This document shows positions 1 through 9,100 of a DNA stretch of 64,000 nt, piece after piece. Position 1 is the first letter of the stretch; the number at the start of each line of letters is the position of its first letter. This stretch comes from a virus. Both the position numbers and the translations under genes were made by a program. The notes under the pieces are model-generated. The model saw only the letters and a program-made list of their open reading frames with translations, was not told the origin of the DNA and did no database searches. The DNA is taken from positions 1 to 64,000 of the IMG/VR virus record IMGVR_UViG_3300020213_000023. One strand, written 5' to 3'.

Positions 1-90
1 TCGTGATGCGGTGATGGATCTTGATGGTCATGGATTCTCCTGGTCGGTGGTGAGTCTTGTGCCGGCCGTGAGCCGAGCAGCGCGGGCGGA

Positions 91-414
91 CTAGAGTCGT
101 GACGTCGCGGCCTGCTCTGCGCACCGCTTGATGTCCGCCATCGCGGTCTCGGTCGCGTGCTCGGCTAGCATGGACTTACGGCAAATGTGCCGCACACATT
201 TAACGTAACCAGACGGCTCAGACAGGCATTCGAAGCACGTCACGGGCGCGTCGGTGTAATGCAGGTGTTGCAGAGGTTCCTCATCGGCACGGCAAGCAAC
301 GGGGTACCGGAACGTCCTTCCGTGTTCTTCACGATCCGTCACAAGCACCGTCACGGGGTGAACGATCCCGTTGGGGTCTCGGTAGCCGTCGTGCGGCAAC
401 AGCCGCAGCTTCAC
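91..414 (-). CDS. small Zn-binding protein, TCxxC family member 1
   Basis: NGIVH...C...PVTCFECL pattern shared with four other ORFs in the window. Confidence 0.6.
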   Translation of the reverse strand: MKLRLLPHDGYRDPNGIVHPVTVLVTDREEHGRTFRYPVACRADEEPLQHLHYTDAPVTCFECLSEPSGYVKCVRHICRKSMLAEHATETAMADIKRCAEQAATSRL

Positions 415-1081
415 GGCGTAACCCTCCGGACGTGCATGAACGTCTTCATCGCCTTTTTTTCTTTCTCGCCTTCAAGACGGCTGTTCGCTTCTTTGCACAC
501 GCGTCCGTCTTTTTAGCAATGCGCGCTATATGCCGACAGAGACGCAGTGCCTCGCTCGTGTACAACCAATCAGGCATGTGTGTGATGCTGATCGACGGCA
601 CTGCCTCCGTGCCTTCCTCTGTGTCCAATACGAAAGCGACTACATCAATGGAGATGCCTGTGAGCTTGATGGTCGCCATCATCGCCATCCCAGGATGACC
701 CGCATGAGGTCTTCGTCGATGTCAACGGTGCACTTAAACTTCATTGTTTACCTCGCTCTGTAGGTTTTAGGTTTGCAGTGTGGCCGATCCGGCGTCCACT
801 CCGTCGTGTTCGGGGCCAGGTATAACCACTTGTTTGTAGGTCCCCGTTTCTGTTTAACCCCGCAATCGAAGCATGTACGGACTTTGAATCGGTCGATGAT
901 GTCGTAACGGTGATTCCACTCACGAGACGCTACCGAGGATGCCATCCAGGATCCAATGTCTCGAGCGCTTTGCGCGCATGGCATGCGTCGCACAAACACA
1001 CGGTGCCGCAGTTCGACCGATTGCAACGTTGACGCGCTAACGAACGAAGCGACGGAATCACGTGTCGACGAATCACGCTTC

Positions 1082-1246
1082 TCAGGTGTTCAGCCATCGG
1101 GTTGCCCGTTCCGCGATGGTCTCGAACTCGAACATGTCAGCGACCTTTCGAATTGCCTTGCAGCGCTTCTCGTCGTCCTCGGGGGCTCGACACCCAAGCC
1201 CCAAGAGGGCCGTGTCGAGCACGAGCCAAAGTTCATCGCGTGTCAT
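1082..1246 (-). CDS. hypothetical 54-aa protein (MTRDELWLVLDTALL...), below the ORF-track cutoff
   Basis: ATG overlaps the TGA of the upstream ORF (ATGA); fills the gap in the gene array. Confidence 0.5.
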   Translation of the reverse strand: MTRDELWLVLDTALLGLGCRAPEDDEKRCKAIRKVADMFEFETIAERATRWLNT

Positions 1247-1533
1247 GGTTCCTTGTCCTCCCTTGGTTCAGGCGGCCAACAGGGTTGGTACTTTTCCTTG
1301 TACTCCGCATGGTCTACAAACGGCCCGTACGCCCAATGAACGAGGTAGTTCATCAAACCGTTATAGGCCCCGTAGTAATGTACAGGCGGGCGATGGTTCG
1401 CCTCGTTGTACGCTCCTGCAAGCAACAGGAGTATCCAGTATTCGAGCTGCCCCGAGAACGTGTGGAAGTACGGAGACCAGTAGCCGCCTGTCCAACGATC
1501 TCCGAAGTCTGAAAGGCCCCGGCTAGGGGTCAT
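1243..1533 (-). CDS. hypothetical protein
   Basis: tiles with neighbouring minus-strand genes; aromatic-rich; start inferred at MTPSRG. Confidence 0.5.
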   Translation of the reverse strand: MTPSRGLSDFGDRWTGGYWSPYFHTFSGQLEYWILLLLAGAYNEANHRPPVHYYGAYNGLMNYLVHWAYGPFVDHAEYKEKYQPCWPPEPREDKEP

Positions 1534-1735
1534 GAAGCCCGGTGATCCCGAGTTTTCGTTGTTGTCGGTCACGTTGTTTCAACTCCTTCTTCGCTTTGGC
1601 GAGACGCTTCTTCGCGAACGCGATGGCCTGCAGAGCCCTCGCGATTTTCTTTTCTGCCTGGTTGCCGATGAAGAAGTCGGCATCCATGCGTCCTGCTTTT
1701 CTGAGTAAATCAACCGGGACGACGGCGATCTTCAC
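1523..1735 (-). CDS. hypothetical basic coiled-coil protein
   Basis: tiles with neighbours; protein-like composition. Confidence 0.55.
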   Translation of the reverse strand: MKIAVVPVDLLRKAGRMDADFFIGNQAEKKIARALQAIAFAKKRLAKAKKELKQRDRQQRKLGITGLHDP

Positions 1736-1889
1736 TTGCTGGCTCGGATCATCGAGAGCTTTGCGCCAGGGTAGATTCGTTTGGCCTTGAGCATTCGAAC
1801 CCCACCCTCGATGAGGTCGAGAACGTCAACGTTCTCGGGCAGGAAGGGGTGTTCGACTTCGATGTAGCAGTCGATCTTGAGATGAACTT

Positions 1890-2186
1890 TCACGGAACCT
1901 CCACAAACTTCACTCGCATCACAGCAATCTCAGGGAACCGACGATTCATGAAGCGGATGATCTTATTTGCTTCGTTTAGGCTTCCGAACGTTGCGTTTTC
2001 CGCTTCCACTGACCGGTACGTCTCGCCCCCGCCGGGTCCGTGACAGTCCTCCGTGATTTCCGGGCGGTGACGTAGGAAGTTTCCGATTTTCCAGTGTGGG
2101 TTGTCCTTCTGGTGGCCTGACCTTCCCGTGATCTTCACGGCGTAGACTTCTAGCGACAGCGCCGCCGGGATCATGTCGACTTCCAT
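1890..2186 (-). CDS. hypothetical protein
   Basis: tiles with neighbours. Confidence 0.5.
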   Translation of the reverse strand: MEVDMIPAALSLEVYAVKITGRSGHQKDNPHWKIGNFLRHRPEITEDCHGPGGGETYRSVEAENATFGSLNEANKIIRFMNRRFPEIAVMRVKFVEVP

Positions 2187-2347
2187 CCTTCTTCGTGACT
2201 GAAGGTAACGACGCCCTCGTGGCGCAACGCGCGTAGAACTTCGGTAAGCTTGTGCGGCTTAATCTTTGTTTCCTTGGCAATCTGGGCACTCTTTTTGGTG
2301 CCTGTGTTGGCGCGGAGGTAGGCCAGCACCTGTTGTTCGAGGGTCAT
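2171..2347 (-). CDS. small winged-helix-like DNA-binding protein
   Basis: MTLEQQVLAYL...SAQIAKET...LTEVLRALRHEGVV wHTH pattern; ATGA overlap with upstream gene. Confidence 0.55.
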   Translation of the reverse strand: MTLEQQVLAYLRANTGTKKSAQIAKETKIKPHKLTEVLRALRHEGVVTFSHEEGWKST

Positions 2348-2838
2348 GAGAACTCTCCGATCATGTGGTCCCAGGTCCCAGGACCGTGGCTGACGCACAA
2401 CCCGTGTGGTTCGATTTTGTGACGGAGAAGACCGTGCGGGCCCTGGGTTGCGTGGTTGAGACGGGGGTACTCTTCCGTCCATTTATAAGTTGCAAACGCT
2501 GCACGTTCCGCGATCTCTGCGTACATTGCCCGGGGCGCCATGACTTCGTTGTATTCGTTGATTATCAGGGAACCAACAGTATCCCAACGCTCGATCCAGT
2601 CCTCGAGAGTCCAGATTCCGTCGTCTGGATAGATACAAAGGCCGAAGCACCAACCACCGGACGACTTTCCGATGTGTTTGCGGTTGACGCCAGCTCCTGC
2701 GAAGTCCCAGATCGGAACCCAGTAGTAATTGGTGCTCACCACCACTCCATTTTGTCGATGCAGCCCAAACACGTCACCGGACGATCCGTTTGTATGAGGT
2801 ACTCGAGACCTAGGAGGTCGAAGTCGAATGGGCTGCAC
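2344..2838 (-). CDS. hypothetical phage protein (true start probably near 2742)
   Basis: TNYY...HIGKSSGGWCF segment resembles a recurrent phage hypothetical. Confidence 0.55.
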   Translation of the reverse strand: MQPIRLRPPRSRVPHTNGSSGDVFGLHRQNGVVVSTNYYWVPIWDFAGAGVNRKHIGKSSGGWCFGLCIYPDDGIWTLEDWIERWDTVGSLIINEYNEVMAPRAMYAEIAERAAFATYKWTEEYPRLNHATQGPHGLLRHKIEPHGLCVSHGPGTWDHMIGEFS

Positions 2839-2990
2839 CAGATTTGTACGTAGGGCTTTCGTGCGTCCATGTGGTTTGCTCGCACGGCATGCACAATATC
2901 GCCGACGACGTACTGCCAGATCACATCAGTCCTCCGCGTTAAGAGTGACCAGACGTCTGTGAGGTACTGGTAGCCAGGCAAATCAAGCAA
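2736..2990 (-). CDS. small Zn-binding protein, TCxxC family member 2 (start uncertain)
   Basis: GDIVH...WC...PVTCLGCI. Confidence 0.55.
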   Translation of the reverse strand: MLDLPGYQYLTDVWSLLTRRTDVIWQYVVGDIVHAVRANHMDARKPYVQIWCSPFDFDLLGLEYLIQTDRPVTCLGCIDKMEWW

Positions 2991-3169
2991 GTGACGGTAC
3001 CTTTCTCGTCGACGTCTCCCTTGCCTGTTTTGAATTCATCGTCGGGATAGCACGTGATGACGATCCATATACCCGTTTCGTCTTCGTACAGCTTGGTTAC
3101 CTCGTGGGCACATCCATCCACCCAGTGATAGACGCAGGGCATCACATCCTCGCGAGGCAGGCCAAACAC
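2939..3169 (-). CDS. small Zn-binding protein, TCxxC family member 3 (start uncertain)
   Basis: DGCAH...TC...TVTCLICL. Confidence 0.55.
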   Translation of the reverse strand: MFGLPREDVMPCVYHWVDGCAHEVTKLYEDETGIWIVITCYPDDEFKTGKGDVDEKGTVTCLICLATSTSQTSGHS

Positions 3170-3289
3170 GTCACAGCCTTGTTTTCAACGACACTCTCCG
3201 GGGGTGCGTCAACCGATATGTTTGGACGACAAAGGATATTTATCCATGTGGTCCGTTTTCACGTACGAGAGCGATGCTTATCTTGACGC

Positions 3290-3496
3290 TCATGTATCTG
3301 TCTTTCTGAAGGTGTGTTTGCCGACGTGCCCTTTGGACGTCGAGGTTCCCGCAGGCACGACGACTCCGCGCTTGCGTTTTTTGGCGATGACTTGGGAGAC
3401 ATAGGCCCGGGTAACGTTGAGTTCGTCTGCGATGTCCTGGATGGTGCGACTACAGTCGGAGTTACGGATCTCGAGGATCCTAGCGGTGACGTTCAT
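3290..3496 (-). CDS. helix-turn-helix DNA-binding protein
   Basis: TIQDIADELNVTRAYVSQVI is a typical HTH. Confidence 0.7.
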   Translation of the reverse strand: MNVTARILEIRNSDCSRTIQDIADELNVTRAYVSQVIAKKRKRGVVVPAGTSTSKGHVGKHTFRKTDT

Positions 3497-3948
3497 GTTT
3501 ATTAGATAACCCTCTATTCGGAGGACCAGTTGTTTCGATTCTCTTTTGTTCGATGGCGGGTGATGACCTTGCCGAAGGGTGTTTCACGTTCTTTCTCGAA
3601 CGTCAGGTCCATCGCGAGCATCTCTTCACGGGATGGGAGTGGGATCACGGGCATGACGTCCACCTACGGCGGGTTAGGATACCCGTCGCAGTTTTCACAA
3701 ACGCCGAATGCACGACAAATGGCCGACTTCCCGCACGGCTTGAACTTGACTGTCTTTTTTCGTTTCTTGGGCTTCTTCTTCGTCTTCGAGACGATGAAGG
3801 TGATCTTGTAGTTCGGGTTGCCGTGTTCCCACCCCCAGACCACTTCTTCGACGGTGAACATGGGGTGCAGGAACGAACGAATCAGAGCCTTGTCTCCGCG
3901 TGGCAGGTAGCTCCTGGGCCGCTCAGGGATGGATCGTACACGCGCCGG

Positions 3949-4359
3949 TCATGTGAGATACGCCTCGAGCATCAGGGTGTACTTCGCGCGCATGTTGGGC
4001 GTCGACCCCTCCATCTCCTCAAGAGTCTTCTCCCACTGGTCCGGGTCGTGGCCGTAGGCCGGCGGAACCACGCGCCCAGACATCACTTCGCAGTGGCTGA
4101 TCATGTGCGGCAGCAAGATCGACGCCCGGTAGCGATGCGACCAGGTCAGGTCCAGCCGTGCTTCGTAGGTAAAGTCGTCATCGAACGTAACCGTGACGAA
4201 GCACTTGAAGTAGCCGTGCATGTGTTCGTCTCGCGGCGCGAGCATTGCGATGGTCCGATCCGCCTCCTTGAAGGAGGGGAACAAGACGCCCTCGTACTCA
4301 CGCTTGTTGTAGGTCGGGCCTTCGCAGGCGGTGATCTGGATGTGCTTTACGGCGTGCAT
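3949..4359 (-). CDS. hypothetical protein
   Basis: 136-aa ORF directly abutting the upstream gene. Confidence 0.6.
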   Translation of the reverse strand: MHAVKHIQITACEGPTYNKREYEGVLFPSFKEADRTIAMLAPRDEHMHGYFKCFVTVTFDDDFTYEARLDLTWSHRYRASILLPHMISHCEVMSGRVVPPAYGHDPDQWEKTLEEMEGSTPNMRAKYTLMLEAYLT

Positions 4360-4614
4360 CTAGTTTGCCTTCCCGCGGCTGTAGCCCATGTCGTAGCCCT
4401 TGGCGAACGCCTTGATGAAATTGGAAACGATGATTTCGATCGTTCCCGGTCCCGTCATCAGCGATCTCAGTGCGATGATGAGGGTCCCTGGGCCGATGGC
4501 CTTGATGGTTGCGCGTTCGACGACACCGTTTTCGTCGTCGATGGTGTCGTACTCGAGCGACAAACCCAGCCGATTGATGATTTCTTGAATGTCCGCAGTT
4601 CTGTTGTTTTTCAT
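4360..4614 (-). CDS. hypothetical protein
   Basis: AAGGA SD before ATG at 4614. Confidence 0.55.
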   Translation of the reverse strand: MKNNRTADIQEIINRLGLSLEYDTIDDENGVVERATIKAIGPGTLIIALRSLMTGPGTIEIIVSNFIKAFAKGYDMGYSRGKAN

Positions 4615-4626
4615 GTTGTCCTTAAA

Positions 4627-4643
4627 GCGGAGCATTGCTCCGC
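4627..4643. terminator. GC-rich hairpin GCGGAGCA-T-TGCTCCGC, terminator-like
   Basis: perfect 8-bp inverted repeat; followed by TTT on - and CTGTTTTT on +. Confidence 0.45.
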
Positions 4644-4778
4644 CTGTTTTTATCTCCCGAGGGAGCAGCGTGGCACCGTAACCGAGTCGTGCTTCGGGGG
4701 TAGCTCCCTCCGCCGGCGCCTTTGTCGTTAGTGGGGAACCTTCGACGGGCTCGCTGCCAAGCCCATTTCTCCAATCGC

Positions 4779-4808
4779 ATCATAAGATAAACACTAGGCC
4801 GTTGTCAG
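4779..4808 (-). promoter_or_regulatory. sigma70-like promoter CTGACA-N18-TATGAT
   Basis: each box is one mismatch from consensus; lies at the start of a ~160-bp gap. Confidence 0.5.
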
Positions 4809-5168
4809 CCAGGCCATGCGTCGTTCGAACAGCATGGCTTTCGCCGTAGGAGACAAGCCTTCTAGACACGGGCCTCCGGCTTTCATGTCGGGGAAAAAGT
4901 AGTCCTCTAGCTGGCTCCACAGAGCTTCGTAGGTCCAGCCATTTTCACAACCGAAGTGCTTTCTAATCTCGCAACAGGTTAGGCACGTCTTGAACGTGCT
5001 CATGCCGCCGTCCCACTTGCCGCGGACGCACTCGTACCGACTACCGGGAAGGATGTCGCCGCTACACTCGCAGCAAACGTGCGCTTTAGCAGCACGACGG
5101 AATTCTTCGACACAGAAGGATGGTCCGTCACCGTCGAGGCCACCCGACAGAGGACAGCAGACCGCCAC
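4794..5168 (-). CDS. Cys-rich zinc-ribbon protein
   Basis: RRAAKAHVCCECSGDI...Y...GKWDG...KTCLTC. Confidence 0.65.
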   Translation of the reverse strand: MAVCCPLSGGLDGDGPSFCVEEFRRAAKAHVCCECSGDILPGSRYECVRGKWDGGMSTFKTCLTCCEIRKHFGCENGWTYEALWSQLEDYFFPDMKAGGPCLEGLSPTAKAMLFERRMAWLTTA

Positions 5169-5170
5169 GG

Positions 5171-6115
5171 CTACTTCTTCTTCTTGGGGAGGGTTGTCTT
5201 CTTGGGCTTCATGTCGGTCGACTCGAAGGGCGCGGCGACATGCGCGAGCGTCTCGGCCAACCGGAGGAACGCCTTTCGCTTAGCAGAGGGCTGGCGCGGC
5301 GCGTTCTTGGTGATGAAGCCCGCGACCTGTGCGATGTGGCCCTTGTACGCCGCGATCTCCTTGCGAAGCTTGCGGTTCAGGTGCTTCTCCGTCTCCAGCG
5401 CGGACTCCGCCTTGGTCATTCGATCCGCGGTCACATCGTGGGTGTTGCGGAGCTGACCAACGGTTGTCTGGAGCTGGTTGTAGCGCAGGTCGGCGTCGGC
5501 GAGGTGTTCCGACAACAAGGCAACCTCACGACTAAGCACTCCGAGGCTCTCCACAGTGTCCACAGTGTCCTCGGGGTTGTTGGTGACGAGGTTCGACGGC
5601 TTTGCAGGCTTGGTCTCGTTGTCGGTGATGACTTCCTTCACGGAGCCCTTGTCGTCGGTGTCGTCACTGGCACCCCCGGCGTAGGCGAACGCGTTGGTGA
5701 TGGACTGCTCGACCTGGAGTTGCTCGACGATCTGTTTGATGAAGTCCTCGTCGTGCTGGACGTCATCGAGGTCCATGTGTCGCTTTTCACAGAAGCGCAC
5801 AACGATGTCGGCCCAACCCTCGATGGCCTGCTTCGCCTGGTTGGTCCAGTGGTGATGCCAGGACTCGATCTCGTTGGCCACTGCATCGCGGAACCAACCC
5901 ATGTGCTTGACGTTGTCGACGATCTGCGGCGGGGTCTGCGCGTCGGCCACGTCGTAGATGACCTGTTTGTCTTCCTCGATGGCCTTGATGGCGGCGGCGT
6001 AGAACGGATACTCGCGCTTACTTTCCTCGAGGGAAGCGAGAGCAGAGTTTGCTGCCATGGCGCCGCTGTTGTCGTCGTAGGAATCGGAAGAAGTGTCAGT
6101 GTCTGGCTCGTTCAT
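5171..6115 (-). CDS. hypothetical acidic/coiled-coil protein
   Basis: long ORF with strong GC3 bias; heptad C-terminal half; start at MNEPD via ATGA overlap. Confidence 0.75.
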   Translation of the reverse strand: MNEPDTDTSSDSYDDNSGAMAANSALASLEESKREYPFYAAAIKAIEEDKQVIYDVADAQTPPQIVDNVKHMGWFRDAVANEIESWHHHWTNQAKQAIEGWADIVVRFCEKRHMDLDDVQHDEDFIKQIVEQLQVEQSITNAFAYAGGASDDTDDKGSVKEVITDNETKPAKPSNLVTNNPEDTVDTVESLGVLSREVALLSEHLADADLRYNQLQTTVGQLRNTHDVTADRMTKAESALETEKHLNRKLRKEIAAYKGHIAQVAGFITKNAPRQPSAKRKAFLRLAETLAHVAAPFESTDMKPKKTTLPKKKK

Positions 6116-6399
6116 TTGGCAGCCCTTTTCATTTCGTTGCGAATGTTGGTTAAGACCTTGACGAACACCCGGAGTACTTGGCGTGTACCAAGTCCGGTCT
6201 CGTGAAGGTCCTTGGTCCAAGGAACCCCGAGTTCCTTGTGCACTTTTTTGAGGTTCCGCTCTGCCTTGAGATTGTTCTGGATAGACTTGCGGTATCCCGC
6301 AATCGTCTTATCCATCACTTTGAGCGCCGCAGAGTTCTTCAGTTCGCGTGTTTTTCTTGGAAGCGTCGGAACGCCTCTTGGCTTCTGTGATGCTGACAT
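6112..6399 (-). CDS. hypothetical basic protein
   Basis: tiles with neighbours. Confidence 0.55.
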   Translation of the reverse strand: MSASQKPRGVPTLPRKTRELKNSAALKVMDKTIAGYRKSIQNNLKAERNLKKVHKELGVPWTKDLHETGLGTRQVLRVFVKVLTNIRNEMKRAAK

Positions 6400-6504
6400 T
6401 TCTTGAGGTGCTCCTTCTGTGCGGCCTCGAACAGGAACTGCGCGACCTGGTAGACGGTTGCTGCGGCGAAGTAGAGGAATTTCTCTTTCATGGATTTCCT
6501 TTCG

Positions 6505-6576
6505 TGGCCCTTGGGAGGGTCGAACTCCCGTACCTGGCGTGAAAGGCCAGTGTATTAACCGCTATACGAAAGGGCC
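6505..6576 (-). tRNA. tRNA-Glu (TTC), no encoded CCA
   Basis: acceptor GGCCCTT/AAGGGCC, anticodon arm CTGGC-CTTTCAC-GCCAG, T-loop GTTCGAC. Confidence 0.93.
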
Positions 6577-6582
6577 GATGAA

Positions 6583-6768
6583 CTAGTCTTCGTGGAAGAC
6601 AGGGTTCTTCGACCACGCTTCCGCGTCGACAACCCGGCCGTTCATCAACTTGGCGATCTTCTCCGCTTCCGCTTTATCGTACGTCCACAGGATCTTACCT
6701 GCCTCCTTGGCGACGTACTTCTTTTCGGAATCGACGATGACGGCGTATTTAGTTGGTTTGATCTTCAT
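6583..6768 (-). CDS. hypothetical protein between the two tRNAs
   Basis: 61-aa ORF filling the inter-tRNA gap. Confidence 0.6.
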   Translation of the reverse strand: MKIKPTKYAVIVDSEKKYVAKEAGKILWTYDKAEAEKIAKLMNGRVVDAEAWSKNPVFHED

Positions 6769-6772
6769 TTCG

Positions 6773-6845
6773 TGGGCCCTCTGGGATTCGAACCCAGGGC
6801 CAACGGCTTAAAAGGCCGCTGCTCTATCCGCTGAGCTAAGAGCCC
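6773..6845 (-). tRNA. tRNA-Lys (TTT), no encoded CCA
   Basis: acceptor GGGCTCT/AGGGCCC, D-arm GCTC/GAGC, anticodon loop CTTTTAA, T-loop GTTCGAATC. Confidence 0.93.
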
Positions 6846-7078
6846 GATTGCTTCCCGATGATGGGAGGCATGTAAACGTGTTCGAACACGGGGCGTTTCT
6901 TCACATCCTCTTCGTAACACGAATCAGAGCAAAAGAACTCTCCGTCCTGTTTGCGCCAAGCGTTCACCAGCTTGGGTTCTGTGGCGATTTCTCCTCCGTC
7001 GAAGGAGACGGTAGCGTCGACGACGATGACCGTGGGGCAGCTCTGACACTTGACGCGTACGACGTGAGCCAAGGGCAT
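6836..7078 (-). CDS. small CxxC...FCSxxC metal-binding protein
   Basis: CQSC and FFCSDSC motifs; stop codon lies inside the tRNA-Lys 5' end. Confidence 0.55.
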   Translation of the reverse strand: MPLAHVVRVKCQSCPTVIVVDATVSFDGGEIATEPKLVNAWRKQDGEFFCSDSCYEEDVKKRPVFEHVYMPPIIGKQSGS

Positions 7079-7326
7079 TCCCAGATCGTATCAGCCCCGA
7101 AAGCCGATCTCGAGACCCAAGACGTGACCACCCCAGCGCGGAGGATTGGAGACGCCTTTGTACCGCTTCTTGAACCGTCCCACCCGGCTGCCCGGCGTAT
7201 GGATGACAAGCCACCACCAGCCCGGCGTCCCGATGCTTACGGGAACGCCGTGCTGGCGGAGCCACAGATCGATGCCGCGCATGCGACGGTCAAGTCTGTG
7301 ATGGAAGTCGGAACGGAAGAACGTAC

Positions 7327-7557
7327 CTACGACGGACATGGGAGCAGCTCCAAGGCCCGCATCATGGCCTCTCCTGCGGGGTATCCCAACTGCTTGTCCG
7401 TCAGCAAGTCCTTCGGCGCACTGGCGTAGTCGGGACCGTTGTCGCCGTAGCGAGCGATGACCGACCCTCCGTCGCAACGGGCACAGAAGTAGAGGTCGAA
7501 CTGCTTGTGTTCCCCTAGGAACTTGCAGCTGTCGCAGTCGTGCGTGTATCGGGGCAT
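7327..7557 (-). CDS. hypothetical phage protein
   Basis: PRYTHDCDSCKFLG...DLYFC...IARYG...DYAS. Confidence 0.65.
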   Translation of the reverse strand: MPRYTHDCDSCKFLGEHKQFDLYFCARCDGGSVIARYGDNGPDYASAPKDLLTDKQLGYPAGEAMMRALELLPCPS

Positions 7558-7572
7558 GGTTTCCTTGGTGAA

Positions 7573-7890
7573 CTACTGAGATTTGGTCTTTGCTTCGGTC
7601 TTTGTCTTCCGTCGCATGCCGCCCTTGGTGCTTTGCTTCAACAAACGCTGCTTCTCGAGCGTCTTCTGGGACACGGCGGGCAGATCATCCCACGGGGTCT
7701 TCATGTACCAGCGGAACCTTGCCGATACAGTGTACTCCTGTTGATAGATCAGTCCGTACTTCTCGCGCCACATCTTGCGCGCTTCCGCGGCCCCGTAACG
7801 AGCTTCGCAAACTTGGAATTTGCCAAGCATCTTGCTTACCCACTTGCTGATAGTGCATGTGAAGTTCTTCCCAAGCTGTTCTTTGGTCAT
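7573..7890 (-). CDS. hypothetical basic protein
   Basis: GAGGA SD; 105 aa. Confidence 0.55.
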   Translation of the reverse strand: MTKEQLGKNFTCTISKWVSKMLGKFQVCEARYGAAEARKMWREKYGLIYQQEYTVSARFRWYMKTPWDDLPAVSQKTLEKQRLLKQSTKGGMRRKTKTEAKTKSQ

Positions 7891-7941
7891 GAGTATCCTC
7901 TCGTCCGCATTTGCGTGCGGACGTTTTTTGTTTGCGTAAAG

Positions 7942-8274
7942 CTACGCAGCGCCGACGTTCGTCATGCTGACGATCGCGCGCACCGCGTCCATCTCGCACG
8001 GCCACTCCATACGACGGGCAGCGGCGAACTGCTTGTTCGTAACAGGTAGGTCCATCTGCGTCACTTTGATGACGTCGTGGACGCCTTCCGGGGATGCTTC
8101 ACTGTAGAGCGTCGCATGCCAGGTGTTGCCTTCTGCAGGGGCTTCGACGATGCCCCAGACCGCGACACCAGGGCGGGCAAGCACCAAGAAGCAGTCACCG
8201 CGTCGTAGTTGCTGCTGCCATGCCTCAACGCGGAGGGCGTTGAAGACGCGGGCGCTTTGTCTTTTGCGGGCCAT
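7942..8274 (-). CDS. hypothetical protein
   Basis: AGGGAG SD; 110 aa. Confidence 0.6.
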   Translation of the reverse strand: MARKRQSARVFNALRVEAWQQQLRRGDCFLVLARPGVAVWGIVEAPAEGNTWHATLYSEASPEGVHDVIKVTQMDLPVTNKQFAAARRMEWPCEMDAVRAIVSMTNVGAA

Positions 8275-8761
8275 CTCCCTTATATTTTAGGTCAGACCAG
8301 CTCTGGATCTTGGATGCTCTGTGATAGTCGATGAACTCTTGACGGTGTGCGAACACGGTCTCAAAGTCCTGAGGAACCACAGGCAAGAACACCGGGGCAC
8401 GTGCCTGCTTGCACATGTTGGCAGCCATGATGAGCGCTCCAGTGCACAGCTTGCCTGTTTTTCTTTTTGTCCATTCCTCCGACCAGTCGGGGTTTTCGTA
8501 GTCGATCGATGAGTGACAGGGTGATGGGACCTCCAGCTGAATGTTGCCGATGAACATCTCAGGGGAGGCATCCCCAAGCCAGCCGGCGAGGGCAGTGCGG
8601 CGAAACGGGCAGGCCTTACACGGCTTCTTTTCGAATGGTCGAAAGGAAGCTACGTTGCCTGCAGTTTTCCCATCTTCTTGGCTGCGTCGCATTGCGGTGG
8701 CTTCTTGAGATCGCCGCAGGGGGAGTCGTGTTCGACACAGAGCCGTCCTGTGCCGTCGCAT
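8225..8761 (-). CDS. Cys/His protein resembling DUF6283 (start uncertain)
   Basis: PCKACPFRR...CH...LCTG. Confidence 0.5.
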   Translation of the reverse strand: MRRHRTALCRTRLPLRRSQEATAMRRSQEDGKTAGNVASFRPFEKKPCKACPFRRTALAGWLGDASPEMFIGNIQLEVPSPCHSSIDYENPDWSEEWTKRKTGKLCTGALIMAANMCKQARAPVFLPVVPQDFETVFAHRQEFIDYHRASKIQSWSDLKYKGDGPQKTKRPRLQRPPR

Positions 8762-9100
8762 TCCTTACAGTCGACCAGCTCTTGTTCGTCCTCGTCGCAG
8801 CCGCACGTGTCGGCGGATTCGCCGCATTCGTCACAGGATTTTCCTGAACCGTCGCACGAGAAGTGTTGCTTGACGTTGCATTGTTTCATCGGTTGCTCTC
8901 TTCGATGCGAATGATCCCGCAGCCCTCGAGCGCGATGCGCTCGTCCGCAGTCAACACATCACCCATCGTCGCGTGTTTGTCGAACTCATCACGGTGGAAG
9001 CTTACCCACGTAACTGCGTCTTCGTACGTTTCGAAGATGATGCCGAGACCTTTGTGCTTGAAGACCTTCTGGTCCTTGGTCTTGATGGTGTAGCCGACGG

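Noticed and set aside
4640-4790. Known ribozyme or riboswitch
   Set aside because: No hammerhead, twister, pistol or cobalamin-riboswitch consensus could be recognised by eye; kept only as an unclassified sRNA candidate.
3553-6205. Long plus-strand ORFs 3553-4731 and 5120-6205
   Set aside because: Antisense shadows of GC3-rich minus-strand genes; not protein-like.
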